Shown here in pieces: positions 16,591 to 26,374 of a stretch of 32,000 nucleotides of DNA. Source of the stretch: Candidatus Harpocratesius repetitus (GTDB lineage: Archaea; Asgardarchaeota; Lokiarchaeia; Sigyniarchaeales; Promethearchaeaceae). A model generated the notes under the pieces. The model made no database searches, was not told where the DNA came from, and was given only the letters and a program-made list of their open reading frames with translations. Every line of letters starts with the position of its first letter. The first letter of the stretch is position 1. The position numbers were made by a program, and so were the translations under genes. The stretch lies in NCBI GenBank assembly GCA_021498095.1, contig JAIZWK010000001.1, positions 2,970,001 to 3,002,000 on the forward strand. The letters run 5' to 3'.

Positions 16591-17538
16591 TTGAGATCCC
16601 TCATGTCACCACCTAGAAAGCGCAAGTACATTCCAAATTTAGCAGAATTTTACTTTAAACCTGATTTCGATTGGAGTATTGAAGAAGCCCAACGACTTTA
16701 TAACCATGTTCAAACTCAGATTCCAAATCTAAATCATAAGTTAGATAAAATCTTTTATGGGGATTGTTTAGACTTAATTCCAACCATTGAATCTTCATCA
16801 ATTGATATAGTAATTGCAGATCCTCCCTTTGGGCTTGAATTTTCAGGAAAAGAGCGTCTCTATAATCGTAATGCGGACTTAGTAATTTCAGATTATAAAG
16901 AGATTTCACACTCAGATTATAATTCCTTTTCCTTTAATTGGATTACATTATTGCCTAGAATCTTAAAACCATCTGGTTCTGTTTATATTTTTTCAGGATG
17001 GACCAATTTAAGGTCAATTTTAAATGCATTATCACAAACTTCTCTAATATTACGAAATCATATCATTTGGGAATATAATTTTGCCGTTTTTACAAAAAAA
17101 AAGTTTGCTACATCCCATTATCATCTGCTTTATTTAGTAAAAGATGAAAGAAAGGCATTTTTCAACCGAATTCAACATTATGAAACAGATGTATGGAAGA
17201 TTCCCCGTCAATATGCACCTAATATTAAAAAAAATGGAACAAAATTACCATTAGAATTGGTGCGAAAATGCATTAATTACAGTTCAAAACCTGGAGATGT
17301 AGTATTAGATCCATTTACAGGGAATGCAACAACTCAAATGGCAGCTAAAGGAGAATTTCGCCATTTTATAGGCTTTGAAATTAATCACAATCTTAAAAAA
17401 CTAATCGAAGAAAATATAAAATCTGTTAAACCAGGTGAATTCTACAGACCATATAAAGAACGAATTCCAGATATTGAAGAATTAAAGAAAAAATATCCAA
17501 AAGCCTATAAAGTATATTCAAAAAAAGAGCTAGCTTGA
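16591..17538 (+). CDS. Beta-class N6-adenine/N4-cytosine DNA methyltransferase, apparently orphan
   Basis: IFYGDC, then IADPPF (motif IV) preceding VLDPFTGNATT (motif I), followed by FIGFEI. This is the beta-class motif order. Confidence 0.9.
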   Translation: MRSLMSPPRKRKYIPNLAEFYFKPDFDWSIEEAQRLYNHVQTQIPNLNHKLDKIFYGDCLDLIPTIESSSIDIVIADPPFGLEFSGKERLYNRNADLVISDYKEISHSDYNSFSFNWITLLPRILKPSGSVYIFSGWTNLRSILNALSQTSLILRNHIIWEYNFAVFTKKKFATSHYHLLYLVKDERKAFFNRIQHYETDVWKIPRQYAPNIKKNGTKLPLELVRKCINYSSKPGDVVLDPFTGNATTQMAAKGEFRHFIGFEINHNLKKLIEENIKSVKPGEFYRPYKERIPDIEELKKKYPKAYKVYSKKELA

Positions 17539-17551
17539 TCTTTATTACTCT

Positions 17552-18835
17552 CTAACTAGGCATTCGAGTAATCTTGATACGTTTTGTATGCATTCTAAAA
17601 AATATATATATACCAATTGCAATGATCCCAACAGAAATTAAAACCAAGCTTTGCCAATTTTCTTGGAAAAAACTAGGTGAAGAAAAATCAGCGGAAAATC
17701 CTTCTAAAGAAGGATGATAAGTAAAATAAATAAAATACATCAGAGTCTTACCAATAATTTTTAAACTCTCTTTTGAAATATGTTCAAGATTATCACCATG
17801 TGTATGATGATAAGACCAAGTTATCGAAGGGTCCCAAAATTTGATTATTAAATCTAATGTTGGAATGCCTTCTCGTGAAAAAGAAACGTGATCATCCAAA
17901 ATTGAATATGAATTTGCTTCAAGAGGAAAAGTTTGAGTATATCCAATATGATTTCCAACTTTAAAAAATCGATCTTGCAAATCAGGGCTGGAATGACTTT
18001 CATGTATAAATTCTAAATCTTCTCCACCAACCATATCTAAAAGAATAAAGCTTTTAATCGAATTCAAACTTTGATTGGCACTAAAATAATTATCTGGATG
18101 ACTTTTCATATCATTTACTAAATATGAACTTCCTTCACACCAACTAAAGTTAGGTAATCCATATCTCCCTAAACTTAAGCCTTGATCCTCTGCATCTAAA
18201 AACAAAAACCAAAATTCGTAATCCCATTTCACCTCAGATTGAGAAATAAGCCGGGCAATTTCCATTAAAACTGCAACTCCACTGGCTCCATCATTTGCAC
18301 CTTCTATTGGAAAATCTTTACGACTTTCATCAGGATCCTTCTCTGCCACGGCTCTTGAATCAAAATGGGCGGCAAAAATCAAGATTTTATCTTTCCCTTC
18401 ATTATATTTTGCGATAATGTTTTTACAAAGCCATTCTTTTTGATTTCTAATAAGAGTAAAGGGATATATACTTACATTTGTAAAATTTTTCATTGTTGAA
18501 GAAATCCATGATATACATTGATCACTTGCATTTGAACTCGGAATTCTATATCCAAAATCAATTTGTTGTGCAATCATATCATATACATTTGATTCATTAT
18601 AAGAATTGATTAGCAAGAGATCTTCTTCATTTAAAGTAGAAAATGATGATGCAGAGTTTGGATTTTGTGAATAAAAAGGATAATTTTGTTCTACTATCGA
18701 TAATTGAGCGTGAATTTTCTCATTTTGGAGCAAAAAAGGATATACTTTAAAATAGAGAGTGCTAAAATTTCCAATAAGTATTCCTGTTAACAGAATTGCA
18801 ACAATACATGATTTTATGTTCTTAATCTCCATCAA
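17552..18835 (-). CDS. M28 family zinc peptidase, glutaminyl-cyclase-like, membrane-anchored
   Basis: AAHFDSR, GANDGASGVAVLMEIAR, FLDAEDQG, LLDMVG, DDH..F, YHHT..D. N-terminal signal or TM segment and a C-terminal TM helix with a basic tail. Confidence 0.85.
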   Translation of the reverse strand: MMEIKNIKSCIVAILLTGILIGNFSTLYFKVYPFLLQNEKIHAQLSIVEQNYPFYSQNPNSASSFSTLNEEDLLLINSYNESNVYDMIAQQIDFGYRIPSSNASDQCISWISSTMKNFTNVSIYPFTLIRNQKEWLCKNIIAKYNEGKDKILIFAAHFDSRAVAEKDPDESRKDFPIEGANDGASGVAVLMEIARLISQSEVKWDYEFWFLFLDAEDQGLSLGRYGLPNFSWCEGSSYLVNDMKSHPDNYFSANQSLNSIKSFILLDMVGGEDLEFIHESHSSPDLQDRFFKVGNHIGYTQTFPLEANSYSILDDHVSFSREGIPTLDLIIKFWDPSITWSYHHTHGDNLEHISKESLKIIGKTLMYFIYFTYHPSLEGFSADFSSPSFFQENWQSLVLISVGIIAIGIYIFFRMHTKRIKITRMPS

Positions 18836-19611
18836 ACCTCAATTATAAAAAAAATTTTTATAAGAATAAGTTTAAAAATCTAGCTCTGAACTTAAAATTT
18901 ACCTTGCAACTTAGATTTAAGCCAAAAATTAGAGATTGATAAAAAAATAAATAAAAAAATATAAAATAGGTTAGGATACAATAATCATGATAAATTTGCG
19001 GAGGATTATCGATTATTATGGCTAAGCTATTTTAAAGCTAATTTCTCCCAACCTAATCTTATAATATCAATTCAGATATTTAAACATTACCTTCAAAACG
19101 GTTATTTCCATGCTTGGTTAGAAACATATATTTGTAAATACTCATATCAATATGGGTTATCCGATTAAATTTTCTGAATATCCAGAAAAGAGCCTAAATT
19201 TTAACAAAATTACGATGAAATTCATCAAATTGTGATTAACGATCTTTGATTTCCTTTGATAAAATTTTATTATTAATTGGTTGATTAATCATTGACGAAA
19301 TCTAGTTATTGGGTTCTTCCAAATATGAATGAGCTAAAAAGAAATTCTTCGGAAACAAGTCAATTTTTCTGTGTGTGATTCTTAAAAAATGTGAGTGAAA
19401 TATTCTATTTCATAAATTTTATAATATATTCAAACAAATATGGTGATATTGTTTTCTCAATTGACCAAATAATCTTAATTCTTTTAGATTTCTCAAAATT
19501 AACCGTCATAAGAATTTCCCTTTATTTATATTTTTTTTATGATTTCATTCTTTTGAAAAATGAAGATAAAAGAATTTTTTAAGATTTATTGTGACTTACT
19601 AAAGTAGTCGA

Positions 19612-20370
19612 ATGGGAGAATATTTTGATCCACAAATATCTATTGCAATTGACCTTTTGCGATATAGTAATAAAATTGTTGCTTTTACAGGAGCTGGAAT
19701 TTCAACAGCTTCTGGTATTGATGATTTCAGATCACCTGGAGGGCTTTGGACGCAATTTAATCCGTTAAAGTATGCAAATTATTCAGTTTTCCTAAAAACA
19801 CCAAAATATTATTGGCAATTAGAAAAAGCTTTGATACCTAAATTTGAAAATGCAAAACCAAACAAAGCACATAAAGCTTTAGTTTCATTAGAAAAGAAAG
19901 GAAAATTAAAAGCAATTATTACTCAAAATATTGACAATTTCCATCAAGACGCAGGTTCAAAAGTACCCATAGTTGAACTTCATGGAAATATGAATCATGC
20001 TTATTGCATGGATTGTTATACCCCAATTAAACGGAACTATATTTTAAAGTGGTTGAAGCGAAAATCTGGGATTCCTATATGCCCAAAATGTGGAGGCAGG
20101 ATAAAAACAAATATAGTTCTGTTTAATGAACCAATAGCCGAAGATTTGCTGGAAGAAGCAACAAAATATGCAGAAGATTGTGAAATCATGCTGGTATTGG
20201 GTTCATCTTTAACTGTTTTTCCAGCTAATCAAATTCCTTTACTAGCAAGAAAGGCGGGAGCAAAACTAATTTTTATAAATAAAGATCCTACTTTTATGGA
20301 TAAATATGCCACACTACGAATGTTGGGAAATTTAGAAACATATTTGCCGATGATAATTAATTCTATTTAA
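19612..20370 (+). CDS. cobB: Sir2-family NAD-dependent protein deacylase
   Basis: GAGISTASGIDDFRS, ITQNIDN, ELHGN, Zn sites CMDC and CPKC, VLFNE, LGSSLTVFPA. Confidence 0.95.
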   Translation: MGEYFDPQISIAIDLLRYSNKIVAFTGAGISTASGIDDFRSPGGLWTQFNPLKYANYSVFLKTPKYYWQLEKALIPKFENAKPNKAHKALVSLEKKGKLKAIITQNIDNFHQDAGSKVPIVELHGNMNHAYCMDCYTPIKRNYILKWLKRKSGIPICPKCGGRIKTNIVLFNEPIAEDLLEEATKYAEDCEIMLVLGSSLTVFPANQIPLLARKAGAKLIFINKDPTFMDKYATLRMLGNLETYLPMIINSI

Positions 20371-20512
20371 AAAAAGGAGAAAAAAAAAAGTAGAATAGAA
20401 AGATGCAAATTATAATAAATGGAAGAAAGTCAAAATTGTAATAAATATAATAGAATCGATTAAAATGATAAATAATATTTGAAAATGAACACAAGAGAAG
20501 GAATGAAAATCA

Positions 20513-21331
20513 ATGGGAAAAAAAGATAAGAAAAATAATAGTAAATCTAAAGATAAACGAAATCCAGTTGGAAAAATTGAAACTCATTATGCAGATTATA
20601 ATTTTGATTATGTGACTCCTGAAGAATATCCTCTTTCTGAAAATAATGAGAAAAAAAAGAAAAGAAAATATCAAAATATTAAAAATAAAGAAAGTTCATT
20701 ATCAATTAACGAGACTCCATTTAGAGGAAAGCTTCTTCACATCTTTACACCAACCTATACAACCGAATTAATCAAATATCAAGCACATCCCGGCGAAGAA
20801 AAAGAAGAGACAGGATATATTCCTCAAGATTATACATATATTCAAATGAAACTAGATATGGATGAAATAACTGAAGAGTTTTCTAAAGAATTAGAGCATT
20901 ATAGAATTTCTGGAATTAAAATACGAAAAGCCACTTTAGACGATCTTTCCATTTTTGTAAAATTATATAATCGTGCGTTCATGCGTGGTTCAGATCCATG
21001 GAGTCCTGCAACAGAACAACAGTTTAAAGAAATTTTGGAACATAAAACTACTGTTGTTCTCTTAGCTTCTATCCAAGATGAAGATGTGGGATTTATCATT
21101 ATTGATCTGGAAGAAAATGGGGAAGTTGGCGTAATATGTGGTTTGGGCACAGATCCCAGATGGCAACGCCGTGGAATTGCAAGATTTTTAGGAATTTCAG
21201 CATGGGATTACTTCAAACAACGAAATGTAAAAGAACTTCGCTGTGAAGTATATGAAAAAAATCTACCGTCATATAAATTGATAAAAAGTCTGCATTTTGA
21301 AGAATGTGGAAGAAAAGTATATCAGTTTTAA
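20513..21331 (+). CDS. GNAT family N-acetyltransferase with a long charged N-terminal extension
   Basis: IRKATLDDL, VGFIII, acetyl-CoA motif A LGTDPRWQRRGIA, and N..SYKL.KSLHF in the C-terminal ~140 aa. Confidence 0.85.
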   Translation: MGKKDKKNNSKSKDKRNPVGKIETHYADYNFDYVTPEEYPLSENNEKKKKRKYQNIKNKESSLSINETPFRGKLLHIFTPTYTTELIKYQAHPGEEKEETGYIPQDYTYIQMKLDMDEITEEFSKELEHYRISGIKIRKATLDDLSIFVKLYNRAFMRGSDPWSPATEQQFKEILEHKTTVVLLASIQDEDVGFIIIDLEENGEVGVICGLGTDPRWQRRGIARFLGISAWDYFKQRNVKELRCEVYEKNLPSYKLIKSLHFEECGRKVYQF

Positions 21332-21672
21332 TAAGATCAAGAAAGTTTTTTTTCCTTATGGTACCACATGTTTTCTTATGAAACACCAGCAAAACCTTAA
21401 TGAATTGCTCTAAAATTTATTTACATAAGGTAAATATAAAATTTCCAGATAAAGATCAAAATTCTTTTCATCTGGAGAAAAATTTTTACTTTAAAGCAAT
21501 TTCAAAGTAATTACTAAAAATTTCAAATAATTCAATATCAGAAAGAGTAATTTATAAATCATAAAAAATGAGCAATAAATCTATAAAGATGGTCTATAGA
21601 TCATTAAAAATTATTTCCATTTTATAAAAATTAATTACAATTAATTTTTCAATTAAAAGAAAGGTAAAAAAA

Positions 21673-22485
21673 ATGGTAGAAAACACGCAATTTATGGTTG
21701 AAGTAAAAAACTTGGTAAAGCATTTCGATGAAGTGAAAGCAGTCGATGGAATTTCCTTTAATATTAAAAAAGGAGAAATTTTTGGACTTTTAGGCCCTAA
21801 TGGTGCCGGAAAAACAACCACAGTAAAACTTTTGCTTGGACTATTAGAAGCAAATCAAGGAAACATTAGCATACTAGGATTTGATCCTGAAAAAGATGAA
21901 GTGGCGTTAAAATCACGAATTGGTTATGTTTCAGAAGAACCTCTTATTTATAAGTCGCTAACTCCACGCGAATTATTTAATTTTATTGCATCAATTAGGA
22001 ATCTAAACGGAGATGATGTATCAGCAAAGCTGGCACAATATTTAGAAAGTTTGGGTGCAATTGAATATTATGAAAGGTTGATTTCAACACTTTCTCGTGG
22101 TAATAAACAAAAAATACAAATAATTGCTGCAATACTTCACGATCCTGATCTTCTTATCATGGATGAACCCCTCGCAGGTTTAGATGCAAAATCAGTTAAG
22201 GTTGTGAAAGAAATCTTGGAATTACACACAGAACGTGGTGGTTCAGTCTTGTTTTCAACCCATATCATGGAAATTGCCGAGGATATCTGTGATCGGATAG
22301 GAATCATAAATCGTGGAAAAATGGTTGCTATGGGAACATTTGAAGAACTTAGACATATGGCAAAGGATATTGATTCTACTATGGATTTAGAAGATATTTT
22401 CTTAAAACTAACAGAACAAGACGAATCTATAAAAGATATCATTAAAAAATTACGAATTACTATGAAATCAACAAATGGAAGTTAA
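21673..22485 (+). CDS. ABC transporter ATP-binding subunit (exporter type)
   Basis: GPNGAGKTT, signature LSRGNKQK, LLIMDEP and H-loop STH. Confidence 0.95.
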   Translation: MVENTQFMVEVKNLVKHFDEVKAVDGISFNIKKGEIFGLLGPNGAGKTTTVKLLLGLLEANQGNISILGFDPEKDEVALKSRIGYVSEEPLIYKSLTPRELFNFIASIRNLNGDDVSAKLAQYLESLGAIEYYERLISTLSRGNKQKIQIIAAILHDPDLLIMDEPLAGLDAKSVKVVKEILELHTERGGSVLFSTHIMEIAEDICDRIGIINRGKMVAMGTFEELRHMAKDIDSTMDLEDIFLKLTEQDESIKDIIKKLRITMKSTNGS

Positions 22486-22539
22486 TAATCGGAGAATTTT
22501 GTTCAAAATAGAAAAATATAACACTTAGGTGATTAATGA

Positions 22540-24255
22540 ATGAACACAAAACAACTATACAAAATCTCAAAATACTCCTATAACGAAGCATTTTTAGAAT
22601 CTACCTTAAATATGGCAGGAGCCAATCAGCAGCAGATTTTAGAAAGATTAAAAAAGAATTCAAAGTATATCAGAAATCAACGCTTAACCTCCAAGATAGT
22701 AATGGCAATTTATTTGGCACTTTTCATCTTTGTACCAATACAATCATTAGGGATGATGAAGTCAGCACTTTCACAAAATACACCTATACCACAAATTTTG
22801 CTTGCCAGCAGCGGTATGATTGGTGTATTTTTATTCTTGCAGGTTTTTTATCTTTTAATGTTTGGATTATTTACTTCTACAGGATTATTCACACCAGATA
22901 GCTATCGATGGCTATCCACCCTACCAATTGAAAGAAAAAAGATGCCTATAATTGGATTATTCACATTATTTAGAGGAATGAATATTCAAATTGTCATTAT
23001 GACATTGGTTTTTCCAATTTCTGTTCTTGTAATAACTATGAATCCTTTATTGACAATTATAGCATTAATTGAATCGTTTTTGGTAACGATTTTCTCTATT
23101 GCACTTTTAGTTATTTTTGGAGCAAAGTTTACTAAACTGATCAATAGCAATATCGGAAATAACAAGGGCGCCACTTTAATTCGAATAGGAGTAATTTTTG
23201 GTTATATACTGGGCACAATAATGGCGTCTGTAGGGATCCAGATGGTAAACCCAATTATGGTTAAATTCTTAAGTACCATGCCTCTTCCAATAGATCAATT
23301 GACAACACTTAATAAATGGTTATCTTTAATTCCCTTCCCGATGAATGCAGGATATTTAATTACAATGGGTATAATTGGCTTTTCTACCTTTAACACAGAA
23401 GTTTTACTTTTTGCTTTTGGAGGAATTTTAATCTTTTTTTTGGTTGATTATCGACTGGCAAAACGTGCTTTAAATATTTTTTATCAATCTATAAAGTTGG
23501 AGCAGGGAGTTAAAAATACTGGGAAAATCTCTACTATAGATGATATCAAAGTTAAATCTAGCAATCAAATGAAAGCATTTTTCTTGAAGGATGCACAAAA
23601 TATTACACGAGACATTCAATCCCTTATGTTTATAATAATGCCGATAATTTTACCTTTAATTGCTTTTATAGCTGCTGGGACTTCGAGTGGAAGTGAAGGG
23701 GGAGAGTCTGGAACTGATGTATTATATGTATTGACTATATTTTACATGTTTATGGGTGCATTTATGCTGATAATTGGTGTGATTGATATAGAAAAATCAG
23801 GTTCAACAGTATTAGCATCTCTTCCCATTAAGATTCGTGAACAGGCAAAAGCAAAAATACTATGGACATTGATTATAATTCCTATTGCAAACCTTCTTCC
23901 AACCATATTTTTTATAGGAAAACCGATTTATGGAGAAATTATTATTGAATTTCTCATAATAATTCCAATGGGGATAGTGTTTGCAGTATTTATTATGGAA
24001 CTTAAAGTATTTTTCTTTGGAAAGATGAAATATAAATTCGTATTAGATGAAGTCTATATTGAACGTAAAGTCGGAAAATATATTACAATAATAATTATTG
24101 GATTGATAATAGCGATATCTTACATGATATTAATTGGATATTTACTTACTACAACATCTCTAGGTTATACAGCAATAATATTAGTTGCAATAGAAATCGT
24201 ACTTGGTATTGGAGTATATCTTATTTTTAATAAAATGTTTCCAAAAATCAAATGA
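22540..24255 (+). CDS. ABC exporter permease (polytopic membrane protein)
   Basis: A dozen or so hydrophobic segments in two halves split by a hydrophilic loop. It lies directly after the ABC ATPase and has an AGGTGA SD-like site upstream. Confidence 0.8.
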   Translation: MNTKQLYKISKYSYNEAFLESTLNMAGANQQQILERLKKNSKYIRNQRLTSKIVMAIYLALFIFVPIQSLGMMKSALSQNTPIPQILLASSGMIGVFLFLQVFYLLMFGLFTSTGLFTPDSYRWLSTLPIERKKMPIIGLFTLFRGMNIQIVIMTLVFPISVLVITMNPLLTIIALIESFLVTIFSIALLVIFGAKFTKLINSNIGNNKGATLIRIGVIFGYILGTIMASVGIQMVNPIMVKFLSTMPLPIDQLTTLNKWLSLIPFPMNAGYLITMGIIGFSTFNTEVLLFAFGGILIFFLVDYRLAKRALNIFYQSIKLEQGVKNTGKISTIDDIKVKSSNQMKAFFLKDAQNITRDIQSLMFIIMPIILPLIAFIAAGTSSGSEGGESGTDVLYVLTIFYMFMGAFMLIIGVIDIEKSGSTVLASLPIKIREQAKAKILWTLIIIPIANLLPTIFFIGKPIYGEIIIEFLIIIPMGIVFAVFIMELKVFFFGKMKYKFVLDEVYIERKVGKYITIIIIGLIIAISYMILIGYLLTTTSLGYTAIILVAIEIVLGIGVYLIFNKMFPKIK

Positions 24256-24334
24256 TTAAATAACCTCAATAAGAATTTATTTAAAAAATCTTAAAGTAAA
24301 GAATTAAGTGACAATTTTTTTCTTTCTTCACTTT

Positions 24335-26132
24335 TTAACTTTTATCTCCTAGATCTAAAATGGATTTAGCACATAAATTAAGCCCAGTTTCCCACAAACG
24401 TAGCAAATAGAACTTGGCAGACCATTTTGTACGGCTCATTTTCTCCAGTTTTTTTCGGATATGTCGACGGCGAGAATTCCACGGAACAATATTGTGAACG
24501 CGACCCCGTTCTTGTACTAAAAGATCCAGCAGTTTATGTCGCTGCCATTGATTATACAGTTCTAATCCTGCGATCCAATAAAATTGTCGTCGTGTAGATT
24601 TTTGGGAACGACTCTTATGTAAAAACTGGTATTTCGTATCTCGAAAACCATTTTCAATCCCTCATCGTTCATGATAATCTTTTGCAAATTTGATAAATTT
24701 TCCGTTTAACTTAGTAGTATCTTCTCCGGGTGCAGTTGAGATGGTAAAGAAAGTGACAGCATGAATTAATTTTTTTTCTCTTCCAAACGAATTTTGTGAT
24801 TATAGAGTGAATAACAGAGGCGATAAAGTAGTTCTTCCTCTGCATTGCTTAACTTTTTCCGTCGTTTGGCTTTCCTATATTTGAGTCGGTGTGGATTTTT
24901 TTTAGTCGCTTGTTAGAATTTGAAATACTTATCTTCAGCGAGTTTTAACTGCTCCCGGATAGAAAGCAATTTATTTTGGATTGAAAAAGCTTCATTTCTT
25001 ATAGATTCAAATGATCTGGATTTTCCTTTTTGATATTCATCTACTAAAACAACCTGGGCCACAAGAATCTTATAATATCCATCTTCATAAAGAACATTAT
25101 ATTTACGGCATAAATCTCGAAGCTTCGGTGGACAATAATGGTTCAACTGCATAGATTGTAGAGAAACTTGCTTTAATTTGTCATCAATCAGAAAATTCCA
25201 TATAGATTCTTTTTTCTCTGCAGAAAATTTAGTTGATACACTACAACGGATAAACTCAGACGGTAGGTTAAAGCCCCGCATTTTTCCCAAATAAAAAAGT
25301 GCAAAAAATTCAGAGTTATAATAATCCCTATCGGCTTCAATTAATTCAACTTGACACTTTGCCTCTTCTACAGCGGATATTTTATTTTGTTAATAAAGGA
25401 TCCATGGCTGAAGGTTGCTATTTGTGTTTGCAACTTTATGTTCATTGAAATGATTAAATCCCAAGAACTTTTGATGAGTAATATCATATATGGCTGAGTG
25501 ATTAAAGCCGGTTCCCCATACTTTCCGTTGCCCGATTCTAACGTATGAATATTGATTATTTTTATACTTCGTGGAGACTTTTTCGTGCGTCATATCAATC
25601 GCAAGAGCGACAGACTTAGATTTTGCATGATAATCGTCTAATATCTTCAATTCCTTTTTATATTCACGCTCTAAATGCTCGTCAAGTTGATTTTTTGTCA
25701 TTTGTGGAATGTAAGCTTGAACACAAGATCTACTTGTAAAAAGTAAGTTTGCTGGTTGATCTAGATTGAATTTTTTTAAGATTTGCTCTAATATGCGCTT
25801 AGGATCTTCAGTATCGGCAATGGATTTAAGAATGGATAAAAAAAAGTTGAAATTGATTTTAAGAGCTGATGAGCAAATGCAGTGTCTGAATTTGTAAGAA
25901 TGGCAGTTATTTGGGTTAAACCAATTCTATTTAGGACTTCTGAAGAAGAATGGGGGATTTTTGCCTGTTTTGATGGTTGATCAAAAAGACTGATGAAATC
26001 CGTAAATTCTTTTAAGAGCTCCGTATTATTAATCATGGGATTTAAGACCTCTTTTAGGGAATATTGTAGAGTGATTGGCGACAATCTATAATCTTAAATC
26101 TCTTTTGTACTTTTTGATTCGTTTCTTAGCAT
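24335..26132 (-). pseudogene. Disrupted DDE transposase of the IS4 superfamily (ISH3-like)
   Basis: Manual joining of the track ORFs 25788-26084, 25390-25701 and 24913-25290 with untracked sequence recovers ALAIDMT (D1), EADRDYY (D2), YHER*GIENGFRDTK (YREK motif, E) and a downstream LYNQW. Lesions are stops at 26094-96, 25390-92, 24913-15 and 24662-64, plus frameshifts at 8-nt homopolymers near 25838-45 and 24770-77. The 5' boundary is uncertain. Confidence 0.85.
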
Positions 26133-26374
26133 TTTTCTTGATAAATTACCACGCCTGATTCGTTTAATTATAGAAATCTTTCCTTCAGTTCAGTTACTCA
26201 AGTTACAAAAATAATTCCTTTCAAAAGCCGAAGGCAGAACAAACTCTCCGAGATCAGAATGAAAAAAGTGGTTTTTTGTCGTCCATTTCAAGTGTTTAAA
26301 TGGAAGTCATTTTCTGTTCTTTTTCTTCCCTTTCTTGTGATAATTTTTTGCATATCACTATATTACTTTTTAAT

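Noticed and set aside
10876-17538. ATPase plus DNA methyltransferase as a BREX or R-M defence island
   Set aside because: They are 3.8 kb apart, on opposite strands and separated by housekeeping genes. No PglZ, PglX or nuclease partner is present.
19391-19582. 63-aa ORF upstream of Sir2
   Set aside because: It has a GTG start and an I/F/L/Y/K-biased composition expected from very AT-rich promoter DNA, with no motif.
24662-24664. In-frame TGA as possible selenocysteine or recoding
   Set aside because: It falls on the conserved Trp of the RWxIE motif (TGG to TGA), and three TAA stops interrupt the same frame. Other genes in the window use the standard code.
24271-26220. Candidate terminal inverted repeats at 24271-24310 and 26181-26220
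   Set aside because: There is only loose, gapped similarity in AT-rich DNA and no target-site duplication, so the IS ends are not called.
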